A stretch of DNA of 64,000 bases, taken from NCBI GenBank assembly GCA_963668245.2, contig CAXXKB010000003.1, forward strand, positions 3,574 through 67,573. Reading direction: 5' to 3'. The first letter of the stretch is position 1, and every line of letters begins with the position of its first letter. Positions 41,807 to 51,290 of the stretch are shown piece by piece. The position numbers and the translations under genes were made by a program. The notes under the pieces were generated by a model. The model ran no database searches and was not told the DNA's origin. It worked only from the letters and a program-made list of their open reading frames with translations. The stretch is from Anaerovoracaceae bacterium. Lineage in GTDB: Bacteria; Bacillota; Clostridia; Peptostreptococcales; Anaerovoracaceae.

Positions 41807-43186
41807 TTAATCAAGTTCTCTCTCATTCACCTTCTGCATAGTATACTGCACGCCTTTATCCTTCAGCTGCGCAATCTGCTCATACGACGCTTGCGTAAAT
41901 GTCCCTTTTTTATAGGAATGTGAAATCGTCTTGGTCATCTTCTTATCTGTAATTGGGTCTGTCGCATGACTGTCAAACAGCTGATAACGGATTTTGAACG
42001 GTTGCGCCTTTTCTTCCTCAAATACCTTCTCCAGCTCTTCAACAGTGTAGATGGCTCCTTTTTCAATTGAATTTTTCCCATCATCAGTTAGAGGTTGGAC
42101 GTTTTGAATAAGCACATAGGGTTTATCGGGCCGTTCTTTACCTTCTTCACGTTCATCTTGCTTGCTTATTTCATCTGCCTTTTCCGGAACAGGTATCCCG
42201 GTCTCCTCTTTAACTGTACTTTTCTCCGCTACTTTTTCTAGCTCCAATCCATAGTGCGTATCAATTCCCTGAATCATTTCACGGGCGGTCTTTTGGATTG
42301 CCGCTAAATTCTTTTCGACATCTTGAATCTCCGCAAATTTCCCTGTCCAGTTGGCCACATAATGGATCGATTCATCTGCCGGATCCAAACCAAACGATTT
42401 TGCGACTACATAGGCTGTCATTTCTGCCTGCATTTCTTTTTCTCGGATTGTTGTATCCTTATACGGACTGTTTTCTCCGTGCATTTTGGCATGCGCTAAT
42501 TCATGAATCAATGTCTTTGCCGTCTCCGAATCGGTTAAGCGGCTATTCATCACAATCCGGTGCGTTCCGACTTCATAATAGCCCTTGGCCACTGTTTGGA
42601 TAGGTTGAAAAGAAAGGGATTGGACAGTCTCCCGGGCATATCCTTCCAGTGCCCTGTTGAACGCTCCAAAGCTCTCTCCATTAAATTCGAATGCTACCCG
42701 TTTATTTGGATAATAAGCCGGATAATCCTTCTCCTCCGCATTCGTTTGCGTGATATCAAAGACGTGCCCTTTCGTGAAGCCGTCAATCCGCTTCACTACT
42801 GGAATCTCTTTATTTTTTATGCGCTCCTTTGTCACTGAATCGGCTACAGAAACGGGAATCAGCTTCTCATTTTCGTCTTTGTAATACCGCGCAATATTCG
42901 GAATCAAGATCTCAATGGCCTTCTCGCCTTTTCGTACCGAAAAGCCTTCCTCTTTCCATTGTTTGAATCCTTTTACCGCCAGGGCTCCTTCGAAACTATC
43001 CTTAATCAAGGCATTGTTACGGGGAGAATACTGGTAAAACTTCGACATAAAAGTAAGGTATGCACGCATTCCATCGGAGTCTTGCGCATATTCTTCTACT
43101 TTTTTTCTGGCTTCTTGTGACAGTTCCTGCACAGCCGCTTTAATTTCCTGCGGTGTTTTCCTTCTGTAAGTCATATGCTTTTTCAC
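41807..43186 (-). CDS. ArdC/LtrC-like protein (ssDNA-binding domain plus HExxH metallopeptidase-like domain)
   Basis: YSPRNNALI...GFKQWKEEGFSVRKGEKA...VFDITQT; LIHELAH; EMQAEMTAY. Confidence 0.85.
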   Translation of the reverse strand: MKKHMTYRRKTPQEIKAAVQELSQEARKKVEEYAQDSDGMRAYLTFMSKFYQYSPRNNALIKDSFEGALAVKGFKQWKEEGFSVRKGEKAIEILIPNIARYYKDENEKLIPVSVADSVTKERIKNKEIPVVKRIDGFTKGHVFDITQTNAEEKDYPAYYPNKRVAFEFNGESFGAFNRALEGYARETVQSLSFQPIQTVAKGYYEVGTHRIVMNSRLTDSETAKTLIHELAHAKMHGENSPYKDTTIREKEMQAEMTAYVVAKSFGLDPADESIHYVANWTGKFAEIQDVEKNLAAIQKTAREMIQGIDTHYGLELEKVAEKSTVKEETGIPVPEKADEISKQDEREEGKERPDKPYVLIQNVQPLTDDGKNSIEKGAIYTVEELEKVFEEEKAQPFKIRYQLFDSHATDPITDKKMTKTISHSYKKGTFTQASYEQIAQLKDKGVQYTMQKVNERELD

Positions 43187-43189
43187 TCC

Positions 43190-43426
43190 TTAGAATAGTG
43201 TGACTTTCGTATCGAGGACAACCTTTTTTTCAAGATCGAGCGAATAAATAACATCTATCTGCTGATAGTAGTCCTGTAAAATGAGATCCCACAAATCATT
43301 GTATTCATAGATGGGTACCTCAATGTCTTTCGTTTGGTCCTCAATGTCGTAGGATTCTATCGTCTGAAAGAATCCTATATAATCCGCTTCTTCTATCGCG
43401 ACCAAGCGTACTGGCTGTATGCTCAT
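43190..43426 (-). CDS. Hypothetical protein
   Basis: Coupled within the operon. Confidence 0.6.
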   Translation of the reverse strand: MSIQPVRLVAIEEADYIGFFQTIESYDIEDQTKDIEVPIYEYNDLWDLILQDYYQQIDVIYSLDLEKKVVLDTKVTLF

Positions 43427-43797
43427 GCTTTCCCCTCACTTTTTTTCGACAACTTTTTTTCAAGCACCTCATGGATAATGCTCTCTTCTATCAAAGGTAA
43501 ATCAGTCGTAGCAGACAAGGAAAGCGGCGTTTCACTATCCGTACTTTCCAAGTTGGAATAGCTATTAAACACTAAGGCTCCCACTAACTGCTTTACAATC
43601 GCCACTTCTTTTTCTAGCTCTCCTAAGTTGGATTTCGTTTCTATTTTCCTTGCGGTATTTCCTTTAGCTGCAAAGTACTGCTGAATGATCTTCCGGATTA
43701 ACTGAGACCGATTATGACAATCGGGTTCACGAATGATTTCGTCATCTAATAAGTCTACAATCCGCTCGTCCAGGCTAAGCGATACAATTTTATGCAT
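43423..43797 (-). CDS. RHH/CopG-family DNA-binding protein
   Basis: MHKIVSLSLDERIVDLLD...NRSQLIRKIIQQY. Confidence 0.8.
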   Translation of the reverse strand: MHKIVSLSLDERIVDLLDDEIIREPDCHNRSQLIRKIIQQYFAAKGNTARKIETKSNLGELEKEVAIVKQLVGALVFNSYSNLESTDSETPLSLSATTDLPLIEESIIHEVLEKKLSKKSEGKA

Positions 43798-43811
43798 ACG
43801 TTCCCTCCTTT

Positions 43812-45089
43812 TTATTCCAATCCATATTCTTGTCTGCACCTTACATACTCTGCTTCGCGTTCGTTTTGTTCATAGTACAAGAGGTTCACCTTCTTCTGGT
43901 ACGTATCCCCCATCGCACGATCTAACCTTCGGCGATCGCGTAACGTAAAACGAGTCACGCCAACCGATATTTCTTCGTGCTGCTCCTTATATAATGACCG
44001 ATTCACAGACCGTAGCCTATTTTTTTCCTGCAGTTGCAGCTGCAGCTCTTTTAAAAGTCGATTGCCTAATCGATACTCCAGATCCGCCATTTGATTCTTT
44101 TGGTAGCCATGACTGCCACCATACAACCGCGCACGAAAATCGGCTTCCTCTTTCACTACTCGTTGAAATTCTTCCTGCTTTCCGGATTTTTTCAGATAGC
44201 TTTTTGTATAGGTATCTATTCTATTTTTTGCCACCGGGTATTCGCTACGGATTGTTTTATACTGCCACTTCTTTTTATCCTGGGGTAACACTTGAAGGAT
44301 ACGCAGTAGTTCTTTTCGTTCCATAAAAGTTTCTTGCGGTAGTTGTAATTCTTGAACCAAGTTATCCCGTAGTGCCGTTTGTTTTTCGAGCGTTTGCTTT
44401 CGACTGGGACGGGTCAACTCATTCAAAAAGCTGCTCTTCATTTTCTCTAGCGTCGCTTGCTTCAGCTTTCCTTTCGGCTGCAAACATTCCGCTCCCTGGT
44501 CCCGATAAAAACGCGTTTGCATGCCCGTGGGCGACAACGATTTTTCTATTTTTTTCTTTCTCCGTTTCACCAATTCCCGAGAATTTTCTTTTTCGACAAG
44601 CGAAATATGGAAGTGTAAATTGTCCGTATTGTGGTGAAAAGAGGCCGCCCAAATCGTTTGACTCGGAATAAAATTCTCTTCTTTTATCAAGCGCTCCATC
44701 ATGACGCGGACCGCTTTTTTAAGCGTCTGCTCCTGTACTGCGCCATCCGGATCCAGAATTTGATTTTCTTTTAGCCACTCATTGTTGAAAGACCCCACGA
44801 ACTTCCATTGCAAGCTGCCGTTTTTTTCTGCTTGTTGGTAGCTCTCTTTTAATTCTCGGATAAAATTTTTATCGACAAAATCCTTTTCTTTGGTAAAAAG
44901 GCCACTGGCTTTTTTCTCGTCCGCCATGTAGGACAGAATGCCTTCCGGATAATAGTTGGTATTGTTATACTCCTCCCCCTTTTTAACTTTCAATTTATCT
45001 GTCATATAATCCACGATACCGGCATACCCTTTGGCATTCGTTCCCGGCAATTCAAATTCTGATTTTAAAACGAAGGCAGGCGTGGTCAT
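43812..45089 (-). CDS. Relaxase, MobP2/MOB_L type
   Basis: N-terminal DYM, SFNNEWL, WAASFHHNTDNLHFHISLVE (HUH). Confidence 0.88.
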   Translation of the reverse strand: MTTPAFVLKSEFELPGTNAKGYAGIVDYMTDKLKVKKGEEYNNTNYYPEGILSYMADEKKASGLFTKEKDFVDKNFIRELKESYQQAEKNGSLQWKFVGSFNNEWLKENQILDPDGAVQEQTLKKAVRVMMERLIKEENFIPSQTIWAASFHHNTDNLHFHISLVEKENSRELVKRRKKKIEKSLSPTGMQTRFYRDQGAECLQPKGKLKQATLEKMKSSFLNELTRPSRKQTLEKQTALRDNLVQELQLPQETFMERKELLRILQVLPQDKKKWQYKTIRSEYPVAKNRIDTYTKSYLKKSGKQEEFQRVVKEEADFRARLYGGSHGYQKNQMADLEYRLGNRLLKELQLQLQEKNRLRSVNRSLYKEQHEEISVGVTRFTLRDRRRLDRAMGDTYQKKVNLLYYEQNEREAEYVRCRQEYGLE

Positions 45090-45102
45090 CGCTTCGCCTC
45101 CT

Positions 45103-45423
45103 TCACAGTTCATTTAAAACTTTTTGCAGCGTTCCCGTGTTGGCGTTTAAAGACTGGATCAGCAGATTCACCTTCTGATCAATCGCGTCTATTTTTGCAA
45201 CTTCTTTTGCGACCGCCCCCATAAATTCCCGTTGTTCTTGCTGGGCTTCTTCTCGATAGGATTCGCCAATATAATCTTCCAGCACTTCAACTACTAAGTC
45301 AGAAAGCGAATAGCGTTTGGTTCCTAACGCTTTTTGTTTCTGCTCCACTATTCGAAATAATTCTTTCTTTAAGGAATGGGATACACCGGATACCCGGATT
45401 TCGACCTTGTTATTTGCGTACAT
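45103..45423 (-). CDS. Relaxosome auxiliary protein (RHH-like)
   Basis: VEIRVSGVS...SLSDLVVEVLEDY; directly upstream of the relaxase. Confidence 0.65.
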   Translation of the reverse strand: MYANNKVEIRVSGVSHSLKKELFRIVEQKQKALGTKRYSLSDLVVEVLEDYIGESYREEAQQEQREFMGAVAKEVAKIDAIDQKVNLLIQSLNANTGTLQKVLNEL

Positions 45424-45479
45424 GAACACGCCTCCGTCTTCCGTCACTTTCTACAATGGGAGATCAACAACCCTAAATA

Positions 45480-45600
45480 TCCTAGATTTTTCCATGAGCA
45501 TAAGGGGGTCACTCCGCTGACGTTTTCTCGATTCCTCGAAAACCTCTTGATATCAGGCAAAGCCTGATGTGTCCCCTACTCCGCTCAAAACATGCCAAAA
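45480..45600. other. Candidate oriT
   Basis: Intergenic, upstream of aux/relaxase; hairpins ATCAGGC/GCCTGAT and GTTTTCTCGA/TCGAAAAC, direct repeats CTCCGCT. Confidence 0.45.
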
Positions 45601-45705
45601 ACCCTCTTTTTAATAGGATTTCATAACATTTAATAGGTTTTAATAACGTTAATTCCAAGAATTAATAAGTTTTATGAAGCCCTTCTACAGCCAATCTACC
45701 AATAA

Positions 45706-46533
45706 TCACTCGGTGCTTTTGAGTGCGTCCTTCTTCTGTTCAGCTAAGGCAATCTTTTCTTTTAGTTGGCTGTTCTGTCTGCCTAAGTCCGCTATGTCCT
45801 GTTCCATTTTTACGATTTCTTTCATTAATTTGTTATTGGTAGAATCGATTTCCGCTTGTTCTTCACTCAGAAGATATTTCTTTTCTTCCTCGTTCTCTTT
45901 GATTTTATTTTCGTACTGTTCGATTTTTTCTTTCAGTACGCTTCTCTCTTCTTGATTGGCCGTGATCTGATTTTCTGTTTCCAAAATTTCAAAGGCAATA
46001 GCCTTTTCTTCGTAATGCAGCGTGTCCTCTGTTATTTCATACGCCGGGTCGACTTTAAAATCTTCTTGTAGGTAACGCATCTTCGTCAGATCTGCACTGG
46101 CGTCCTCTTCCTTCACTTCCGCTACCGTAAGTGAGAGTGCCTGAAAGTCTTTTGGCACATCTCCAAAGAAGACCACGTAATAATTTTCGGACACTTGAAT
46201 CATTTCTTGCGGCAAATACGTATCCGTATCTGTAAAAACCAAACCCGCAAATTCGTAGTCCGGTAAGTCTTCAATCATGCTTTGCTCTTTCTTGATATAG
46301 ACATCGACTTCCACAATGCCGGTTTCCGGATTATAAATGAGATCCGAAACAGTCAGGTCGTTTTGGCCAACTCCAACATACTGTCCGATTTGATTCGTTT
46401 CTACGTTCACTTCGCCTGATCCAGCTGTGACACGTAAGGTAAAAATGGTTAGCAGACTCAATAGGTAGGCCAGTAAGATGCCATAATAAAGATAGCGCGG
46501 GTTCTCTTGAAATTTCATTTTAAGTTCGCTCAC
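45706..46533 (-). CDS. Conjugation membrane protein with C-terminal coiled coil
   Basis: N-terminal TM; within the tra operon. Confidence 0.7.
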   Translation of the reverse strand: MSELKMKFQENPRYLYYGILLAYLLSLLTIFTLRVTAGSGEVNVETNQIGQYVGVGQNDLTVSDLIYNPETGIVEVDVYIKKEQSMIEDLPDYEFAGLVFTDTDTYLPQEMIQVSENYYVVFFGDVPKDFQALSLTVAEVKEEDASADLTKMRYLQEDFKVDPAYEITEDTLHYEEKAIAFEILETENQITANQEERSVLKEKIEQYENKIKENEEEKKYLLSEEQAEIDSTNNKLMKEIVKMEQDIADLGRQNSQLKEKIALAEQKKDALKSTE

Positions 46534-46548
46534 AAGTCTTCTCCTTTC

Positions 46549-47214
46549 TTACTGGTACGGCATCAACGCACTGACCTCATCAACCATAAGCGTACCTTCT
46601 GCTGTATTGCCAAGCGTCACTCGATAATACAATCGGGATTGCACAGCCGTGGCATTCTCTTGATCGGTTTTTGTCTTTTGGTGAACGACAATCAGATATT
46701 CATTTGTATTTTCAGTGTCTAGCTGGCGATAAATTTCTGTCTCTTCTACTTCAATCGTATAGCCAATGGCAGACGGTATAACGTCCGCACTGCCGTTCAT
46801 TTCTTGGAAGGCTTCCGCACTCATGAGGGTCCCCAGTTGTGCCAGATTTTCTGCCCGCTGATCGGCACCCATTCCAAATTGCAAACGAGCAAATCCCTCC
46901 AGGAAAGCCACTTGCTTCTCATTCGAATCGGCAAATGCGACGGTTTGTTCTCCCTCTTCAACGGATTCCATTGCTTGAGAAGTTTCTTCTCCGGAAGAAG
47001 CTTCCGATTCCGACTCACTTGTCAGAAGTTCATCAATCCGTGATTTTAATTGCGTATTTTCTTCTTCCAATGCCGTAACCAGTTCTGCTTGTTCTTGATT
47101 CCTTTTCTCTTGCTTCGAGTGACTCCCTAACCAGTTGACGAAGAAAATTACGTTCCCAACAACCGATACCAAGAGCAACAAGTAGAGCACGGTAATTATC
47201 TTTTTTTCTTGCAT
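46549..47214 (-). CDS. Conjugation protein, VirB8-like (N-terminal TM, coiled coil, NTF2-like C-terminus)
   Basis: Probable start MQEKK; position and architecture. Confidence 0.55.
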   Translation of the reverse strand: MQEKKIITVLYLLLLVSVVGNVIFFVNWLGSHSKQEKRNQEQAELVTALEEENTQLKSRIDELLTSESESEASSGEETSQAMESVEEGEQTVAFADSNEKQVAFLEGFARLQFGMGADQRAENLAQLGTLMSAEAFQEMNGSADVIPSAIGYTIEVEETEIYRQLDTENTNEYLIVVHQKTKTDQENATAVQSRLYYRVTLGNTAEGTLMVDEVSALMPYQ

Positions 47215-47231
47215 AGTACACCTCCTTCGAA

Positions 47232-48326
47232 TCACATCCGTACCGCAAAGTCTGGATAAAAATACTGCATGGGCGTTATTTTGGTTACGTCTCCGGGCTG
47301 CGGCGCATGGATATACGTACCATCTCCTAAATAGATGGCGACATGCGTTTCTCCACCTGCTGGACCCCAAAACAACATGTCTCCGGCTTTCGCTTCACTG
47401 ACCGGAATCCGATCGCCAACCAAAGCTTGCGTAACAGTCCAAGTGCTGACATCTATCCCCCAGGCTTCTTTGTAGACCCATCCGACGAAGCCCGAGCAGT
47501 CCCAACCGTTCGGCGTCTTACCACCCCAAACATAGGGCACGCCTAAATATTGCTTCGAAACGTCCAGTAAGTGTTGCACGTCCCCATTGATGGCTTCCTG
47601 ATTACCTGTTCCGGCCACCAAGTATTGTCCTACTAAGTCCGCATAATGAAAGTTCCCGCCGTTATAGTAGATATATGGTTTGCCATTCGCTTCACTGATT
47701 GCGTTTCGATAAGGCATCGTTATGCCAGTCGTATTTCCAAGAGAAGGCGCCACGATGTTTTTGGAGTATTGCTCTGCCAGTTCCAGCGTGTGGACCCCGC
47801 CATTTCGTGCAATGTATTGAATATACGCGGTCCCGAAATTGTAGCCCATCAACAAGGCACCTACATCTGTCACACCACGTTCTCTCGCATAATCGATATT
47901 TGCCTTCATGTACCTCACGCCCTGCTCTATACTTTGCAGCGGATTGGTGAATGCGTTTGGTTCTAATCCGGCTGATTCCGAGGATTGCATAACGTCTGCC
48001 AACAGACCTTTAGACTCCACTTGAATAATCGCCAATATCAGGCTCTCATATTCAGGAATCCCGTAAGCTGCCAACACTTCCTGGACCATACTGCGGTATT
48101 GTTCCGTTTCGGGACTCAATCCGACATTTCCTCCATAAAAGCCAATTGGCGCATGCAGTTCCGCATTTGTCTCGCTCTCTCCGATAAAAATGGAAAGAAT
48201 GCCACTGATTGCGCCCGATACAAGCGACAGACCCAAAAGCAGCACAACCAGGAACTTCCAACCTTTCTTCAACAACGCTTTGGGGTGCTGCAATAGCTGC
48301 AGGGAACCATAAAAAGAATGGCGCAT
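47232..48326 (-). CDS. CwlT/VirB1-like bifunctional cell-wall hydrolase (lysozyme-like plus NlpC/P60)
   Basis: IIQVESKG...DVMQSSES; PYVWGG...DCSGFV...HVAIYLG. Confidence 0.93.
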   Translation of the reverse strand: MRHSFYGSLQLLQHPKALLKKGWKFLVVLLLGLSLVSGAISGILSIFIGESETNAELHAPIGFYGGNVGLSPETEQYRSMVQEVLAAYGIPEYESLILAIIQVESKGLLADVMQSSESAGLEPNAFTNPLQSIEQGVRYMKANIDYARERGVTDVGALLMGYNFGTAYIQYIARNGGVHTLELAEQYSKNIVAPSLGNTTGITMPYRNAISEANGKPYIYYNGGNFHYADLVGQYLVAGTGNQEAINGDVQHLLDVSKQYLGVPYVWGGKTPNGWDCSGFVGWVYKEAWGIDVSTWTVTQALVGDRIPVSEAKAGDMLFWGPAGGETHVAIYLGDGTYIHAPQPGDVTKITPMQYFYPDFAVRM

Positions 48327-48343
48327 ACGTTTCCTCCTTCTCC

Positions 48344-50317
48344 TTAATTCCCGCCCTTAAACCGATCGACTTCTTCTTGAGAGACAAAGACTTTCATTTT
48401 AAAGGCTTCTGTTGCGCCCGTGGTGAGCACGGTTTCCCCTTGCTGCAGTTTCGGAATCTCACCTTTCAAACTGTCCGTCAACACATCTCCGATTACTCGT
48501 TGGACGGTATCTACTTCAGAATGGTCCAGACGAAAGAAAAATTTGTATTGGCAAAGCGCGAAAATCGTTTTGAGCGCTTCATTCGTATCATTGGCCAGAT
48601 TGCTTTTTAAAATGGAATCGATGGTCTGGGTCGCAAACAAGATCGATCCGAAAAATTTCGGCATTTCCCGTTGAAACTGAATAATGTAATTGACAGAGGC
48701 CTTGTTATCTGGATTAATGACGTTTTGGCATTCGTCTAAATAGACGGAGAATCGTCGAATATGCGCCCATTCCACCTGGTTATTCTCGTACAGTTGCTTC
48801 ATTTTCCGCCCATTCCGTAAGGCATCATTCCAAATCATCGAAATCGCCGTGTAGAGTTGCGCCCGGAAAACATTGCTGGAAAGGGACTGCAAACTGGAAA
48901 TGTCATAAAACACCACTTGTTCATCCTGGACATTCGGAACCGTTGTCCGACCGTTGAAGATATTCCCATTTTCTTGTAGCATACTGTCCAATGTGTTGCG
49001 GATTTTCTCGATCCGAACCCGTCTGGCCGGCGTGGGAGCTTCCCGTTCGATGACCTGTTGATATTTTTGTGTCATGAAGGCCAACAAATCGATCAAAATA
49101 GGATAATCGGCAGAAGGTCTGCCAGCGATAGCCGTTTGTTGTTGCGCCTCTGGCTCGTTGGTATCTACCCAAAGACCATAGTCTACATAGAAGGCCGCCA
49201 ACATCCGTCCGAACTCATTCAAATCCGTCTCCGTAAAATCACTATTCAACATCCCGATCATGAGCTTGCATTTCGCGATATGCTGATGAAAGCTAGCCAC
49301 ATGATCGACGGATAGATCCTTTTCGGATCTCGTAGCGGTAGAGAATACTTCCAGCCAATTGATTCGGCCATTTTTTCCGGCCAAATCGATATACGCACCA
49401 CCCTTGTCGGCTACCACTTCTTCAAAATCACCCGCTTTATCAAATCCGCGAATAAAATTATCCCGGTTATAGTCATCCTCAAATAACTTTTTCAGCAAAG
49501 TCGATTTCCCGTACCGCATTTGGCCAAATAAGAAGGTATGCGAGTATTTTCGATTCCGGTTGTCGTTCATATAGCGATCAAATAGAACGACGCCATTCGT
49601 GCTCGTACGCCCCAAATACATACCGTACGGATCTTCCAGACTCTTGTGGTGGAAAGGATAACCGCCCCCAAGAGACCGCGCTGGAATATATTTTCCATTG
49701 ATCGTAAAATTACTTTCCATTTGTTTATCCAACGGGAGAAACAAGCCGTCCCATTCCTCCTTCATACCCGTCAAAAGAATGGTCGTTTTATAACCTAGTC
49801 CCGTCAGTTCCCCTTTTAACCGATTGATTTTCTTATCCAATCCTTCTCGGGTGGCTGCTGATAAATACAAGCGATTCACCACTATTTTGATCGATTCTCC
49901 TCTTTGTGAAATTTCATTGGCCACGCGCTGCAAGGTGGAAATGCTCATTTGCGATTCCAATTGTTCGATATTACTTTTTTCCTCCAAAGCGCGGGCGTAA
50001 AATTCGTCTATGGACCGATCAATCGTTTTTAAAATATCGTCACGTTCCGCCGTCAACACGTCCATTACCGCAATCACTTCGTCTCGTTGCATAAGTTGAT
50101 TTAACCAAAACGTATTCTGATTGGTTTTCATATCGTATACATGCAGACACGTTTCATAGCCATCTGCTTTTTTGACGTACTTATCTTCAAAAACAAGACC
50201 GCCTTTTGGCTGAATTTCGGCCATAAATGCTTTGTTATAGGCTTCCGCTGCGTTCGCTTTTTTATTTACTTCTGCTTGAAGGGCTTTTGACTTTTTCATT
50301 GTCCGTTCCATGTTCAC
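48344..50317 (-). CDS. VirB4-like (TrsE/ConE) ATPase
   Basis: GQMRYGKST, YLDECQ, KFFGSILFATQ. Confidence 0.92.
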   Translation of the reverse strand: MNMERTMKKSKALQAEVNKKANAAEAYNKAFMAEIQPKGGLVFEDKYVKKADGYETCLHVYDMKTNQNTFWLNQLMQRDEVIAVMDVLTAERDDILKTIDRSIDEFYARALEEKSNIEQLESQMSISTLQRVANEISQRGESIKIVVNRLYLSAATREGLDKKINRLKGELTGLGYKTTILLTGMKEEWDGLFLPLDKQMESNFTINGKYIPARSLGGGYPFHHKSLEDPYGMYLGRTSTNGVVLFDRYMNDNRNRKYSHTFLFGQMRYGKSTLLKKLFEDDYNRDNFIRGFDKAGDFEEVVADKGGAYIDLAGKNGRINWLEVFSTATRSEKDLSVDHVASFHQHIAKCKLMIGMLNSDFTETDLNEFGRMLAAFYVDYGLWVDTNEPEAQQQTAIAGRPSADYPILIDLLAFMTQKYQQVIEREAPTPARRVRIEKIRNTLDSMLQENGNIFNGRTTVPNVQDEQVVFYDISSLQSLSSNVFRAQLYTAISMIWNDALRNGRKMKQLYENNQVEWAHIRRFSVYLDECQNVINPDNKASVNYIIQFQREMPKFFGSILFATQTIDSILKSNLANDTNEALKTIFALCQYKFFFRLDHSEVDTVQRVIGDVLTDSLKGEIPKLQQGETVLTTGATEAFKMKVFVSQEEVDRFKGGN

Positions 50318-50919
50318 TCCTCCCCTTCCGCATAACTACTCATATTCATTAGCCGATCTAGTATCTTCAACTTTTTTTCAACCGGGACCGGTTTGGCGCC
50401 CAACGCTTGACCACCAAAAATATAGATTTCATTTTCAGCTCGCTGCAGCTCCTGGATCGTGGTGGCTGAAAAAAGTAAATAGTATTCCTGGTTCGTTGCA
50501 TTTTCTTCTACAAATTTGAGTTGTTCGATGGCATGTAAGATTCGCTTTTTCTGTAAGTCATTTTTTGCATTCCGATACATTTTGGCCCAATAGTTGCGCT
50601 GCTCGGACGTGTCTACATTGCTCCGAATACTCAAATACTTTTGCGGAAAATTCGTACTCGTCAAAAAGCGGGAAAATTCCTCGATCAATCGGTTTTTATC
50701 ACTCTCAGTCAATGTGTTTAAATCATGGGATTCAATTTGAACCATGTTCTGATACCGTCTATCCCGCATCACAAGATAGCCTTCGGCAGTCAGGTCAATG
50801 TAAGGGATCCACTCGGCCATCTCTTTGATCCCCGCATTGGGGCTTTGAAACAACGATTTGATATTCTCCCAAGCAGATTTTCCGTTTGTTTGCATTAGTT
50901 CGCCTCCTCTTCCTTCCAC
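50314..50919 (-). CDS. TrsD-like conjugation protein
   Basis: Directly upstream of virB4; typical size. Confidence 0.65.
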   Translation of the reverse strand: MEGRGGELMQTNGKSAWENIKSLFQSPNAGIKEMAEWIPYIDLTAEGYLVMRDRRYQNMVQIESHDLNTLTESDKNRLIEEFSRFLTSTNFPQKYLSIRSNVDTSEQRNYWAKMYRNAKNDLQKKRILHAIEQLKFVEENATNQEYYLLFSATTIQELQRAENEIYIFGGQALGAKPVPVEKKLKILDRLMNMSSYAEGEE

Positions 50920-51224
50920 TCTTCTAAATGAGCGACTGCCGCATATTTTTGATAATCCAAACTTTTTACTTTCCGAAAGTCTTGCAGAAGCCCATGGGTG
51001 ATCAGCTTAAAAATCGAGATATTCGGGACCGGTTTGGTAATAAACAGAAAAGTGAACAGGACGTTCACGGCATAATAGGCTAGCTTTAAACGGAAAATTC
51101 CGCCCGTAAAAAATTCTTCCAACATCAGCGTCAGTAGCAACATCATCAATAAAAAAGGAATATCACTGGAGTAAACCGCCCATAACTTGATATCGGTTTT
51201 CAACTCTTTTGGAATTTCATACAT
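50895..51224 (-). CDS. VirB3-like/DUF5592 membrane protein
   Basis: MYEIPKELKTDIKLW, two TMs. Confidence 0.65.
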   Translation of the reverse strand: MYEIPKELKTDIKLWAVYSSDIPFLLMMLLLTLMLEEFFTGGIFRLKLAYYAVNVLFTFLFITKPVPNISIFKLITHGLLQDFRKVKSLDYQKYAAVAHLEEWKEEEAN

Positions 51225-51290
51225 CTTTGTTCCTCCTAACCAGAAAAGGAAGCGGAATTGCATACAGCTTGCAATAACCCCTTCCTTACT

